Source of the DNA: Microcystis aeruginosa NIES-2549
GTDB lineage: Bacteria > Cyanobacteriota > Cyanobacteriia > Cyanobacteriales > Microcystaceae
Length of the DNA: 32,000 bases
Assembly: GCF_000981785.2 (NCBI RefSeq)
Contig: NZ_CP011304.1
Coordinates: 3,210,001-3,242,000, forward strand
Reading direction: 5' to 3'
This document shows, piece after piece, positions 9,521 to 17,884 of the stretch. Below the pieces are notes generated by a model. It did not search any database and was not told where the DNA came from. It saw only the letters and a program-made list of their open reading frames with translations. The translations under genes and the position numbers were made by a program. The first letter of the stretch is position 1; each line of letters begins with the position of its first letter.

Positions 9521-10789
9521 CTACCTTTTCTCTAAAATTAGTAAATATTCGGATTTCATGCCATCAGGATTTTTATTCTTGCGAGATTTGAATAACTGTC
9601 TGGTTTTAATTCTATCCTCAAAGACGGTATCAAAAACAAAGCCATTTTCCTGAAAATATTCCTTTAATATTCGCCAAGTTTCTACTTCCACTCCATCCAC
9701 TTTTGGATTACCGACAAAAATGCAAGCTTTGCCAGCTTGTTTTAATTTTCTGGTGGCATTTTCTAAAGCGTTGATAGTGTGACAAAAATAGGAATCGAGT
9801 ATTTTATGTAAATTCTCTTTCTCTAAACTTGATCTCACTCGATTTAAGGTTTCAGTTTCGATTAATCTGGTAGCCTGTCGGTAGGGAATTTCTAGCTTAG
9901 AGATTTTTTGCACTTCTTTTTCTGTATATCCTAACCAATATAAATCTAGTTTTGCTGTTCTGATATATTCTTGTGCTTGCAGATAGGGGGGTGAACTAAT
10001 TAAACAATCTAACTCTAGATTTTGATCGATCTCAAAAGTGGCACTATCTACTCCTCCATAAAAAAGCACTTGATTACAATTATGCCAAGTTACGGTAATA
10101 TATTGATTGACGCTGGTTAAAGTTTCAAAACTCATATCTTTAATCGTTCGTTTTAATTCCTCTTGCCAATCTCTTTGTAATAGTTCTTGTATATCTGATT
10201 TTTTGTATTTCGATTGAAATAATTTTGGTTTCGTATGTTCTGCATAGGAAAACTGTTTACTAACTTTCACTAAAACCGCTTGAATGATCTGGGAATACAA
10301 ATCAGGTTCTAGACTTTTTTGACCTGCCCAAAGTTTCTGTAAAACTACTAAAATCTCCTCTGGATACCAATAGTTTAAATTTGACCACTGAGGGATAAAT
10401 TTATCCTTGCTGGCAAAAACTTCTAAGATTTTTTTATCTAACTCTGAGTAACTCAATGGTTCTTGGTGTTCTGTGATCTTAATCGGTATAATATGGTTTA
10501 AAAGATAATTCAGGTCAGTTAAAACCGCATTTCTTTGACAAAGTTTAGCCTCTAAACCCACCGTACCCGAACCCGCAAAAGGATCGATAATCCAATCATC
10601 CTTTTTACTGTAATTATCAAGGCAAAATCTCACCACTTGGGGAATAAATTTAGCAGGATAATAATAGATGCCATGGGTTAGATAACTGGTGCTGGTGATT
10701 TCTGGTACTAAATCTCGAAAAGAAACTAATCGCGGGGTTCCCCGATTAAATTCTTCTAAATTATTAGAATCGAAAAGTTCTAGCTGCAT
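9521..10789 (-). CDS. DNA methyltransferase, amino-MTase with motif order I..TRD..IV (alpha-like); the SPPY motif suggests N4-cytosine
   Basis: 422 aa with YYYPAKFIPQ, motif [14 protein letters not shown] near aa 70 and motif IV SSPPYLQ near aa 265. Very AT-rich (one 60-nt line hand-counted at about 30 % G+C). No endonuclease ORF is adjacent except the Uma2 gene downstream. Confidence 0.8.
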   Translation of the reverse strand: MQLELFDSNNLEEFNRGTPRLVSFRDLVPEITSTSYLTHGIYYYPAKFIPQVVRFCLDNYSKKDDWIIDPFAGSGTVGLEAKLCQRNAVLTDLNYLLNHIIPIKITEHQEPLSYSELDKKILEVFASKDKFIPQWSNLNYWYPEEILVVLQKLWAGQKSLEPDLYSQIIQAVLVKVSKQFSYAEHTKPKLFQSKYKKSDIQELLQRDWQEELKRTIKDMSFETLTSVNQYITVTWHNCNQVLFYGGVDSATFEIDQNLELDCLISSPPYLQAQEYIRTAKLDLYWLGYTEKEVQKISKLEIPYRQATRLIETETLNRVRSSLEKENLHKILDSYFCHTINALENATRKLKQAGKACIFVGNPKVDGVEVETWRILKEYFQENGFVFDTVFEDRIKTRQLFKSRKNKNPDGMKSEYLLILEKR

Positions 10790-10971
10790 GATTCGGCTAT
10801 CAATTCTCCCTAGGGTGGATCGGCCAATTAAAATAAAGATTAAAACCGTAGTCGATCAATATTCTAACTTATCGTCCCCTAACCTAACCGACAACTCAGC
10901 TTTTTTGCTTTTTACTTTTTACTTAACGTGATATACTGCCAAAGGAAAAAATGACGTTTTAATTAGTCTGC

Positions 10972-12243
10972 GTGAATAGCCAATCCTCGACAATTATAGA
11001 ACAGGTTAGAGTCCTTGACCCCCTGACACAAACCGATCGCATTGCCGATGTCTGGATTGAGGAGGGGGTAATTAAAGCGATCGAATCTCAGCTTCCCCCA
11101 AGAGAAAATAGTAACTATATTTCCGGTCAAAACTGTATTTTTGCCCCCGGATTAGTCGATCTCTACAGTCATTCCGGGGAACCCGGCCACGAGGACCGAG
11201 AAACCCTCGCATCTCTGATCGAAGCTGCCACGGCCGGAGGCTGCACCCGGGTGGCAATTCTCCCCAATACTCTCCCACCCCTCGATCACCCCGCACTTCT
11301 TAGCACATTACAGCAAAAAAGTCAAGGGTTTTTTGACTCAAAATCGACTCGTCTGCATTTTTGGGCAAGTCTCACCCTAGGAAGACAAGGGCAAAAAATG
11401 ACGGAATTAGCCGATTTAATGCCTGTAGCGGTGGGTTTTACCGATAATCGCAGCCTGGAAGATTTGGGACTGTTGCGGCGCTTATTGGAATACCTAAAAC
11501 CCTTCGGCAAAAATATCGCCCTTTCCCCGGTAAATCAGCAATTAAAGGGTAATGGAGTCATGCGTGAGGGAGAAACCTCGATTCGCCTAGGTTTACCGGG
11601 GGATCCTGCTATTTCCGAAACCACTGCTTTAGCCACAATTTTAGAAATCGTCGGCGAAATTAATACACCTGTTCACCTAATGCGAATTTCCACCCGTCGG
11701 GGAGTGGAATTAATTCGCGAGGCAAAAATGCGGGGATTGCCGATAACCGCTAGTGTGACGTGGTTGCATCTGCTCTTAAATACAGGATCGATCGCCAGCT
11801 ATCATCCCAGTTTACACCTCGCTCCACCCTTAGGCCACGAAAGCGATCGCAAGGCGTTAATTGCGGCAATTAAGGAGGGAATTATCGATGCAATCGCGAT
11901 CGATCATCGTCCCTATACCTACGAAGAAAAAACCGTCTCTTTTGCAGAAGCACCCCCCGGCGCGATCGGGTTAGAATTAGCTTTACCGCTACTCTGGGAA
12001 AAATTAGTAATAACTGGGCAATTATCAGCTTTACAATTGTGGCAAGCGCTTAGTCTCAATCCCTGTCATTGTTTACAACAAAAACCGGCATCTCTCAACC
12101 CCGGTAATCCCGCAGAAGCAATTCTTTTTCATCCCCAAGCAAGCTGGAAAGTAACGGCAAATAATCTTCACTCTCTCAGTCATAATACTTTCTGGTTAAA
12201 TCAAACAATTACGGGAAAAGTCTTAGAAATGTGGAATTTTTAA
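10972..12243 (+). CDS. dihydroorotase-like cyclic amidohydrolase (PyrC / PyrC-prime type) with a degenerate first metal-binding motif
   Basis: 423 aa with a GTG start. GLVDLYSHSGEPGHE aligns to the canonical D-x-H-x-H..R.PG but reads Y-S-H. AIAIDHRPYTYEEK aligns to TDHAPH..EEK. GC is backbone-like and it contains a HIP1 site at 11843. Confidence 0.75.
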   Translation: MNSQSSTIIEQVRVLDPLTQTDRIADVWIEEGVIKAIESQLPPRENSNYISGQNCIFAPGLVDLYSHSGEPGHEDRETLASLIEAATAGGCTRVAILPNTLPPLDHPALLSTLQQKSQGFFDSKSTRLHFWASLTLGRQGQKMTELADLMPVAVGFTDNRSLEDLGLLRRLLEYLKPFGKNIALSPVNQQLKGNGVMREGETSIRLGLPGDPAISETTALATILEIVGEINTPVHLMRISTRRGVELIREAKMRGLPITASVTWLHLLLNTGSIASYHPSLHLAPPLGHESDRKALIAAIKEGIIDAIAIDHRPYTYEEKTVSFAEAPPGAIGLELALPLLWEKLVITGQLSALQLWQALSLNPCHCLQQKPASLNPGNPAEAILFHPQASWKVTANNLHSLSHNTFWLNQTITGKVLEMWNF

Positions 12244-12327
12244 AGGGTGGCCGATTTCTATCTTGAGACTCTCCTAGTTTTTTGGATAATGATCGGCTAG
12301 AATTCTAGAGAGAACTAGAGTAATGAC

Positions 12328-13488
12328 ATGGAAAAAGAACTGGTATCGGACAAGCGCGGTTATCTGCTTCGCACGGTGGCAGAAGCTAAAGAAATTGTCC
12401 TTAATTGGTTGCGGGAAATAAATTTAGTTAATGCGATTAAATTAGGTTTACCAGAAGTGGATGACAGATATCATATTTGGCGAGTTCCTTTATGTAATGA
12501 ACAGAAAAAAACCGTTGGGGAAGTGGTGATCGATGCCTACACCAACGAAATTTTAGCCGATAGGACAACCCGGACTGAAATTATTATCGCTCGTCTGTTA
12601 AAACAGGATGAATCTAAATTAGAAAACTGCAAGAAACCCAAAAAAGAATATAAGCTTTCCTCTCTGAGAAATACCATCGGATTTGGTGATTGTAGCGAAC
12701 TTTTGGAGGAAATGCCCGCAGAAAGTGTTGATTTAATCTTTACCTCACCACCCTATTTTAATGCTCGTCCGGAATATTCGGAATTTGAAGAATACGAAAG
12801 CTATCTATTGAAGCTGCGACAGGTGATCAGAAAATGTCATCGAGTTTTGAGTGAAGGACGTTTTTTTGTCATTAATATTTCTCCCGTGCTGTTGCGTCGC
12901 GCTTCGCGTAATCAAGCTTCTAAACGTATTGCTGTTCCCTTTGATTTGCATCGAATTTTTATTGAAGAAGGTTACGACTTTATTGATGATATTATTTGGC
13001 TAAAACCAGAGGGAGCAGGGTGGGCAACTGGTAGAGGGCGCAGATTTGCCGCCGATCGAAACCCTCTCCAATACAAAACCGTGCCAGTGACTGAATACGT
13101 TTTAGTCTATCGTAAACACACGGATTTACTCATCGATTGGCATATTCGCAATCATCCCGATCAAGAAGTAGTAAAAGCCTCAAAAATTGCCGATGGTTAT
13201 GAACACACTAATGTTTGGAAGATTAACCCAGTCACCAACTCAAAACATCCCGCCGCTTTTCCCGTAGAATTGGCAGAAAAAGTGATTAATTATTACTCTT
13301 TTAAAGGTGATGTGGTTTTAGATCCCTTTGCTGGTTCAGGAACCGTGGGACTAGCGGCCGCTTCTTTAGATAGACGTTTTGTTTTATTCGAGAGTAATTT
13401 TAATTATATTGAAATGATACGAAAGCTAATTACTGAAGGCAATCAGACTGATTTAGACTCAATTATTTGGCTTAATTGTCCGTTATAA
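12328..13488 (+). CDS. DNA methyltransferase, beta-class order (IV..TRD..I), SPPY motif, with ~110-aa N-terminal extension
   Basis: 386 aa with motif [13 protein letters not shown] near aa 135 and motif [14 protein letters not shown] near aa 333. The N-terminal extension ([29 protein letters not shown]) is of unknown fold. Confidence 0.8.
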   Translation: MEKELVSDKRGYLLRTVAEAKEIVLNWLREINLVNAIKLGLPEVDDRYHIWRVPLCNEQKKTVGEVVIDAYTNEILADRTTRTEIIIARLLKQDESKLENCKKPKKEYKLSSLRNTIGFGDCSELLEEMPAESVDLIFTSPPYFNARPEYSEFEEYESYLLKLRQVIRKCHRVLSEGRFFVINISPVLLRRASRNQASKRIAVPFDLHRIFIEEGYDFIDDIIWLKPEGAGWATGRGRRFAADRNPLQYKTVPVTEYVLVYRKHTDLLIDWHIRNHPDQEVVKASKIADGYEHTNVWKINPVTNSKHPAAFPVELAEKVINYYSFKGDVVLDPFAGSGTVGLAAASLDRRFVLFESNFNYIEMIRKLITEGNQTDLDSIIWLNCPL

Positions 13489-13514
13489 CACTAACAATAA
13501 GCAAGATAAACCCC

Positions 13515-13760
13515 ATGACAGCCAGTAAAAGTCACGCTTATTTTACTCCAAAAGACTATCTAGAAATAGAGAAAATTAGCCCCATTAAACCTGAATATAT
13601 GCGAGGGCAAATCTTGGCAATGGCTGGGACAAGTAAAGCCCATGTTATCATCACGGGTAATCTTTCAGCCCAACTAATTAACCGTAACCTTTCAGGGGTG
13701 AACAGAAGCACTGTATTGGCTAAAAAAAGAAAAAGCTCCCACCATGAAAGTGACAGCTAA
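13515..13760 (+). pseudogene. truncated Uma2-family endonuclease remnant
   Basis: From ATG 13515 it reads MTASKSHAYFTPKDYLEIEKISPIKPEYMRGQILAMAGTSKAHVIITGNLSAQL, which matches the Uma2 N-terminus (YTpeEYL..E....K.EY..G.i.aMAG.s..H..I..NL). Similarity is lost after about 58 aa and the frame stops at about 82 aa, against about 190 aa expected. Confidence 0.55.
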
Positions 13761-13852
13761 CTTGATTCTCTATTTGCACTGAATACAATTTAATTTGCTA
13801 TCAGAATCCTAATGTCTTGGAATTCATGACCGACGCAATAGTTACCGACAGT

Positions 13853-16024
13853 TTATTTATGGAATTGGTGAAGTAGATCGCGAAATTCCGGAAAACTAAT
13901 CTGATTATCGCGACTTGTATCGGCCTGTTGTAACATAGCTTCGATTTCCTTGTCTGTCACCCCCGGTTCGATCGCCTGAAGACAAGCTTTCAACTCCTCA
14001 AGGCTAATTTGTCCAGAGCCATCACTATCGAATAGCTGGAATCTTTCCAATAAAATCCTTTCCTGTTGATCACGATCGCTGTCACTACTAAAAGATAGAC
14101 GATCGAAGACCTGAAAAGCGCGGGCGATATTTTGCCATAATTGATGGGCCAAAGGACGATGGAGAATCGTTTCTTCCTCCTGACCAGTAACTCCGTACTG
14201 GCGACGCAAAGACTCGACAGTTTCCGTTTCTGCAGCCGGCAATTCCGTCAATAAATGCTCGATCGCCTCCCTGGAACTCTTACCGGTTAACACTTCCAGC
14301 AATTCCGACCCCACTTTGCGATCGGGGTCTTTTTTCCAAGTCACCAAGAGACTTTCTAACAAAGCATCGCGATAACTCTGCAAACGTAACCAATCCTCGC
14401 GACTATACTGCTTTTCCGGATCGAGAAGTTCGGCCGATTCCACACCCAACTCTGTGAGAATTGCCTGATGTTCTGCCTCGGTAATCGTCAACTCTAGGCG
14501 CATTTGTTGCAGGATTTCGAGGCTGTGGCCGAAGTCAGTATATCCCTCCTCCAAAGCCTCTTTTAACACGGCTTTATAGGCTTTTAAACGCTTCTGGTGG
14601 GTGAAATCCGGCAGTATCTTGGCTAATACATACACCTCATCCGCCTGCAAAGCTTCCAGCGATCGCCCATCGAGATATTTAGCTGTATCGAGACCCAGTT
14701 TACCCAACTGTTTACGCAATCTTCCCGCTAGTCCTTCCCGTTGGTAAAGACCCGGATTCCTTGTCCAGGTGCGATATAACCATAAACTACTCAAAACCGC
14801 CAGTAAAATACTAGCGAAATAATGCCAAAATTTTGGCAAAAGATTAATAAAAGGACGACCACCGAAAATAAAGAAGAAATTGAAAATCAGAAAAGTTCCG
14901 ACAGTAAAGACGCGGTGACGGATAATTTCGGTCGGTAAGGGCGACTTTTTGCGAATTCTATAGACTTTATAGGCATTTTCCACTTTTTTACCGAGAAAGT
15001 AACCCAAAAAAGTGCAGATTGCCAAAGTTAAGGGAACAGCTACCAACTTCGGAATCGCAATTGCCTGACCGGCAAGATAAAAACCCGGTTTAAAGAGGGA
15101 TTCTAGTTGATTTTCGTCGTGCGCCCAAGCTCCAGAGAAATAATAGTCCCAATTGCCAGCATAAAGATAATAATAGATAAAATAGCCAAAAACTAAACCA
15201 AAATAACCGTAATAAAGCCATTGGCGATCGCTGTTAGTTATCCCGTCCCAATAGGATCTTTCCGCATCGATATCGATACAGGGACTCTGACAGGCAACAC
15301 AGGCACTTTGTTCGCTACCATCTTCATGGACAATGCGACACATGGATTGAGTAATGCCACCGCGACTGTCTTCGTGAGCGGTGCTATTTAGTAAACCCCT
15401 TGGTTCACCGTAAATCCTCTGAACCGGACTCATGGGACAAAAATAATTACACCAAGATTTGCCCCCATACCAATAACCGACAAAGATCGCCGCTAGAATA
15501 GTAAAGGTTAAAAAGCTACCCAAGAATAAGCGATCGGAATTATAAAAGAGAATCCGTCCGCATAAACCCAAAAATAACAGACTGAATTGTAGATAGAGAT
15601 AATTCTGGGCTAACCAAGAGTTTTTCGGCACTTTATAGATTTCAGAGCGGACTTTTCCCGATTTATCGGTCTGTTTTTTCTGACGCTGTTTACCCAAAGC
15701 GCGTGGTATTTGAGAAAGAAAGGATAAAGGACAGATACGCCGCCAGAGTTCGTGACCGAATACTAATAAGATAAAAATGCCACTAGGAACCACTATTCCC
15801 CAAAAAATCGGCGCACCTAACTGATAGGAGGATTGGGGTAGGCAAACTCCCTGGACTTTAATGCACACATCGGGATCAACTCTCAGGGGACTAGAAAGAT
15901 TGTTAGGATCGGTTAATTTTGCTGAAATAGGGTCAAAAAACAGAGAAAATATCAGAATTAACCAAGCGATGGTCACAACCCATCGCAGATAGTGCATTGA
16001 GCGTTCGGGAATTTGTGCAAACAT
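13853..16024 (-). CDS. NapH/MauN-like polyferredoxin-type membrane protein fused to a C-terminal EF-hand pair
   Basis: 723 aa with multiple TM segments. Contains WRRICPLSF and KSWCNYFCPMSP (WCxxxCP-type), CVACQSPCIDID, helical repeats, and then a canonical EF-hand loop DSDGSGQISLEELKACL plus a second one DTSRDNQISFPEFRDLL. Confidence 0.7.
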   Translation of the reverse strand: MFAQIPERSMHYLRWVVTIAWLILIFSLFFDPISAKLTDPNNLSSPLRVDPDVCIKVQGVCLPQSSYQLGAPIFWGIVVPSGIFILLVFGHELWRRICPLSFLSQIPRALGKQRQKKQTDKSGKVRSEIYKVPKNSWLAQNYLYLQFSLLFLGLCGRILFYNSDRLFLGSFLTFTILAAIFVGYWYGGKSWCNYFCPMSPVQRIYGEPRGLLNSTAHEDSRGGITQSMCRIVHEDGSEQSACVACQSPCIDIDAERSYWDGITNSDRQWLYYGYFGLVFGYFIYYYLYAGNWDYYFSGAWAHDENQLESLFKPGFYLAGQAIAIPKLVAVPLTLAICTFLGYFLGKKVENAYKVYRIRKKSPLPTEIIRHRVFTVGTFLIFNFFFIFGGRPFINLLPKFWHYFASILLAVLSSLWLYRTWTRNPGLYQREGLAGRLRKQLGKLGLDTAKYLDGRSLEALQADEVYVLAKILPDFTHQKRLKAYKAVLKEALEEGYTDFGHSLEILQQMRLELTITEAEHQAILTELGVESAELLDPEKQYSREDWLRLQSYRDALLESLLVTWKKDPDRKVGSELLEVLTGKSSREAIEHLLTELPAAETETVESLRRQYGVTGQEEETILHRPLAHQLWQNIARAFQVFDRLSFSSDSDRDQQERILLERFQLFDSDGSGQISLEELKACLQAIEPGVTDKEIEAMLQQADTSRDNQISFPEFRDLLHQFHK

Positions 16025-16070
16025 AGACCTAAGTAGTGATGTAGAAGCGACTTTTAAGGGAGATAGGTGT

Positions 16071-16350
16071 CTAATTGTTGAATTCTAACGCTTTTCCAGG
16101 AATGGCGGCGAAAAACTCTCCTTTTTGATAGACTATATTACCATTAACAATAGTTACTGCTGGCCATCCCGTCAAACTCCAACCCTCAAAAGGACTCCAA
16201 TCAGATTGAGATAAATTGATGGGTCTGGTGGAAGCAAGGAAACCCGACACAAACCTCTTATTTGTTTACTTAGTACAAATGCTTGCTTATTCCTAGTGCG
16301 CTGAGGAAATTTGTCTAGAGGATTCTGAGTCAGCATTTCCAACCAAAACG
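16071..16350 (-). pseudogene. C-terminal remnant of a dihydroorotase/cyclic amidohydrolase, frameshifted and 5-prime truncated
   Basis: The reverse complement reads ...NLSQSDWSPFEGWSLTGWPAVTIVNGNIVYQKGEFFAAIPGKALEFNN*. This fits the DHOase C-terminal pattern S...sPF.G..L.G.p..TivnG.ivy. The upstream part (LEMLTQNPLDKF...LLPPDPSI) is in another frame, which is the track ORF 16172..16369. The remnant ends against CRISPR-type repeat A. Confidence 0.5.
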
Positions 16351-16356
16351 CAATAG

Positions 16357-16468
16357 CTTTCTTATTCAACTAATTTCTCTGGCGAGTAGAGAGAGTTTCG
16401 TTAACCAATGCGTCGGGAAGCATACCCTACAGTTTCCATTCAACTAATTTCTAAGCGCGAGTAGAGAG
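16357..16468. CRISPR. mini-array 1: degenerate repeat A (16357-16393), 38-nt spacer, consensus repeat B (16432-16468)
   Basis: B is GTTTCCATTCAACTAATTTCTAAGCGCGAGTAGAGAG (37 nt). A is CTTTCTTATTCAACTAATTTCTCTGGCGAGTAGAGAG. The spacer is unique. The reverse complement ends ...TTGAATGGAAAC, as in many cyanobacterial type I-D/III repeats, which suggests minus-strand transcription (inference). Confidence 0.7.
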
Positions 16469-16522
16469 TCAATTGCAAGAGTGTCTACCCTCACCTGTAA
16501 ACTTAAATGCGTCCTAACTTAT

Positions 16523-17758
16523 TTAAGAAGGATTAATATTTTGTGGCGTGCCACAATGATAACAATAGGGCATAAATTTATAAGTTAAATTATGACAATG
16601 AGGACATTCGACATATTGAGCATAACCACAATGAGGACAATGTGAATGATCATTATGAATTTTTTTACCGCAATTTAAACAACGAGATTTTTCGACTCTT
16701 TTACTAGCTTGAGTTTTAGGATTAAAAACAATTTGTTGGAAAAATTTGATGATACCAAAACCAATGGCAGGGATTAAAAATATATATAAATAATTAATTA
16801 AAAATACTAAACCACCGAAAATAACGGTAATAATATCAAAAATAAATTCAAAAATAACTCCTACCTGCAAAAATTCAAATATTTTAATTAGTAATGGAAT
16901 AAAAAAGATAACTAATAAATGCCAACTCATTAAAGAAAGCAATCCATATCCCTTTTCTATGGATAATTTATGGACAAATAAACTAATAAAGATTAGAGGT
17001 AATAAGAAGATAAGTTGGAAAATAATTTGAATAGATGGATACCAAAATGAAGCTTTTTCATAACCTTGTTTAACTTCACTAAATTTAACCTCTGAATTTA
17101 ATAAAGAAAGAAAACTGACGGTTTCAGAAGTGGCTAATAATTGTTGTTTTAATTCCTTAATTTCTGTCTTGAGATTATTAATATTAAGGTTATTTTTATC
17201 TAATTCTTGCTTTGCTTTTTGGGCTTCAACTTCATTGATGGATAAATTACTAGGTTGACCTACAATTTGTTCTAATAAACTAGAGTCATATTGACTGCGA
17301 ATAGTACGATTTTTTTCTTGAAGGGAAGTTACTTGTTTTTGCTTATCTTCTATGGTAGTGAAAATTAGCTTATTATTCGGTTGATTTATATTATTTTTAA
17401 GACTGGCAAAATTAACACAAATAGGAGATACTTTTCCTAAGTGTCTTTCTGGAGATTGGTCATAATTTTCGGGGATATAGGGAACTCTATTTAAATTTAA
17501 GATTTCACTTACTATTAAAAAATCTCGATCGCTATTTTTATTTTGTTGATAACTTTGCCATTGATCATAACAAGGATAGGCTTGAGAAGGACTTAAATAC
17601 CATCTACTAATACTATCTAATCCTAAAAAAACGTTAATGAGAATAAACAAATCAATAACAATAATAACCGTTAAACTGATTTTATTAACTGGTTCATTAT
17701 TAATGTTTCTTGATTTTGTAAAAAATAGATCAATAAAATTTCTTATTTTTCTGAACAT
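16523..17758 (-). CDS. AT-rich membrane protein with central coiled coil and C-terminal double zinc ribbon (unknown function), nested between CRISPR-type repeats
   Basis: 411 aa with an N-terminal TM (LTVIIVIDLFILINVFLGL), an N/K/Q-rich coiled segment, three or four TM segments at about aa 240-340, and then CLNCGKKIHNDHSHCPHCG...CPHCHNLTYKFMPYCYHCG. One 60-nt line hand-counted at about 20 % G+C. It is the only long ORF in the region. Confidence 0.6.
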   Translation of the reverse strand: MFRKIRNFIDLFFTKSRNINNEPVNKISLTVIIVIDLFILINVFLGLDSISRWYLSPSQAYPCYDQWQSYQQNKNSDRDFLIVSEILNLNRVPYIPENYDQSPERHLGKVSPICVNFASLKNNINQPNNKLIFTTIEDKQKQVTSLQEKNRTIRSQYDSSLLEQIVGQPSNLSINEVEAQKAKQELDKNNLNINNLKTEIKELKQQLLATSETVSFLSLLNSEVKFSEVKQGYEKASFWYPSIQIIFQLIFLLPLIFISLFVHKLSIEKGYGLLSLMSWHLLVIFFIPLLIKIFEFLQVGVIFEFIFDIITVIFGGLVFLINYLYIFLIPAIGFGIIKFFQQIVFNPKTQASKRVEKSRCLNCGKKIHNDHSHCPHCGYAQYVECPHCHNLTYKFMPYCYHCGTPQNINPS

Positions 17759-17775
17759 CTTGAGTTTTTAATATG

Positions 17776-17884
17776 GGTTACATCCAACTAATTTCTCCAG
17801 CGAGTGGAGAGATTCCAGCCTTCCAGTAGAGAGCAACATCTCTATTTTGTTTCCATTCAATTAGTTTCTCCAGCGAATGAAGAG
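17776..17884. CRISPR. mini-array 2: degenerate repeat C (17776-17811), 37-nt spacer, degenerate repeat D (17849-17884)
   Basis: C is GGTTACATCCAACTAATTTCTCCAGCGAGTGGAGAG. D is GTTTCCATTCAATTAGTTTCTCCAGCGAATGAAGAG. By hand alignment each is roughly 75-80 % identical to repeat B. The spacer itself contains a partial repeat tail (CCAGTAGAGAG). Repeat C ends 17 nt from the start codon of the 411-aa ORF. Confidence 0.6.

Noticed and set aside
13476-13514. Upstream extension of the Uma2 remnant (track start 13476)
   Set aside because: The extension overlaps the end of the methyltransferase gene and has no Uma2 similarity. The ATG at 13515 begins the recognisable homology.
9341-13852. A restriction endonuclease partner for either methyltransferase
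   Set aside because: There is no unassigned ORF of adequate size next to either MTase. Only the Uma2 genes are adjacent, and these are discussed as a hypothesis, not called as REases.
16172-16369. 65-aa minus-strand ORF
   Set aside because: It starts at a TTG inside CRISPR-type repeat A. Its content is the out-of-frame upstream part of the dihydroorotase remnant, so I treat it as part of the pseudogene.
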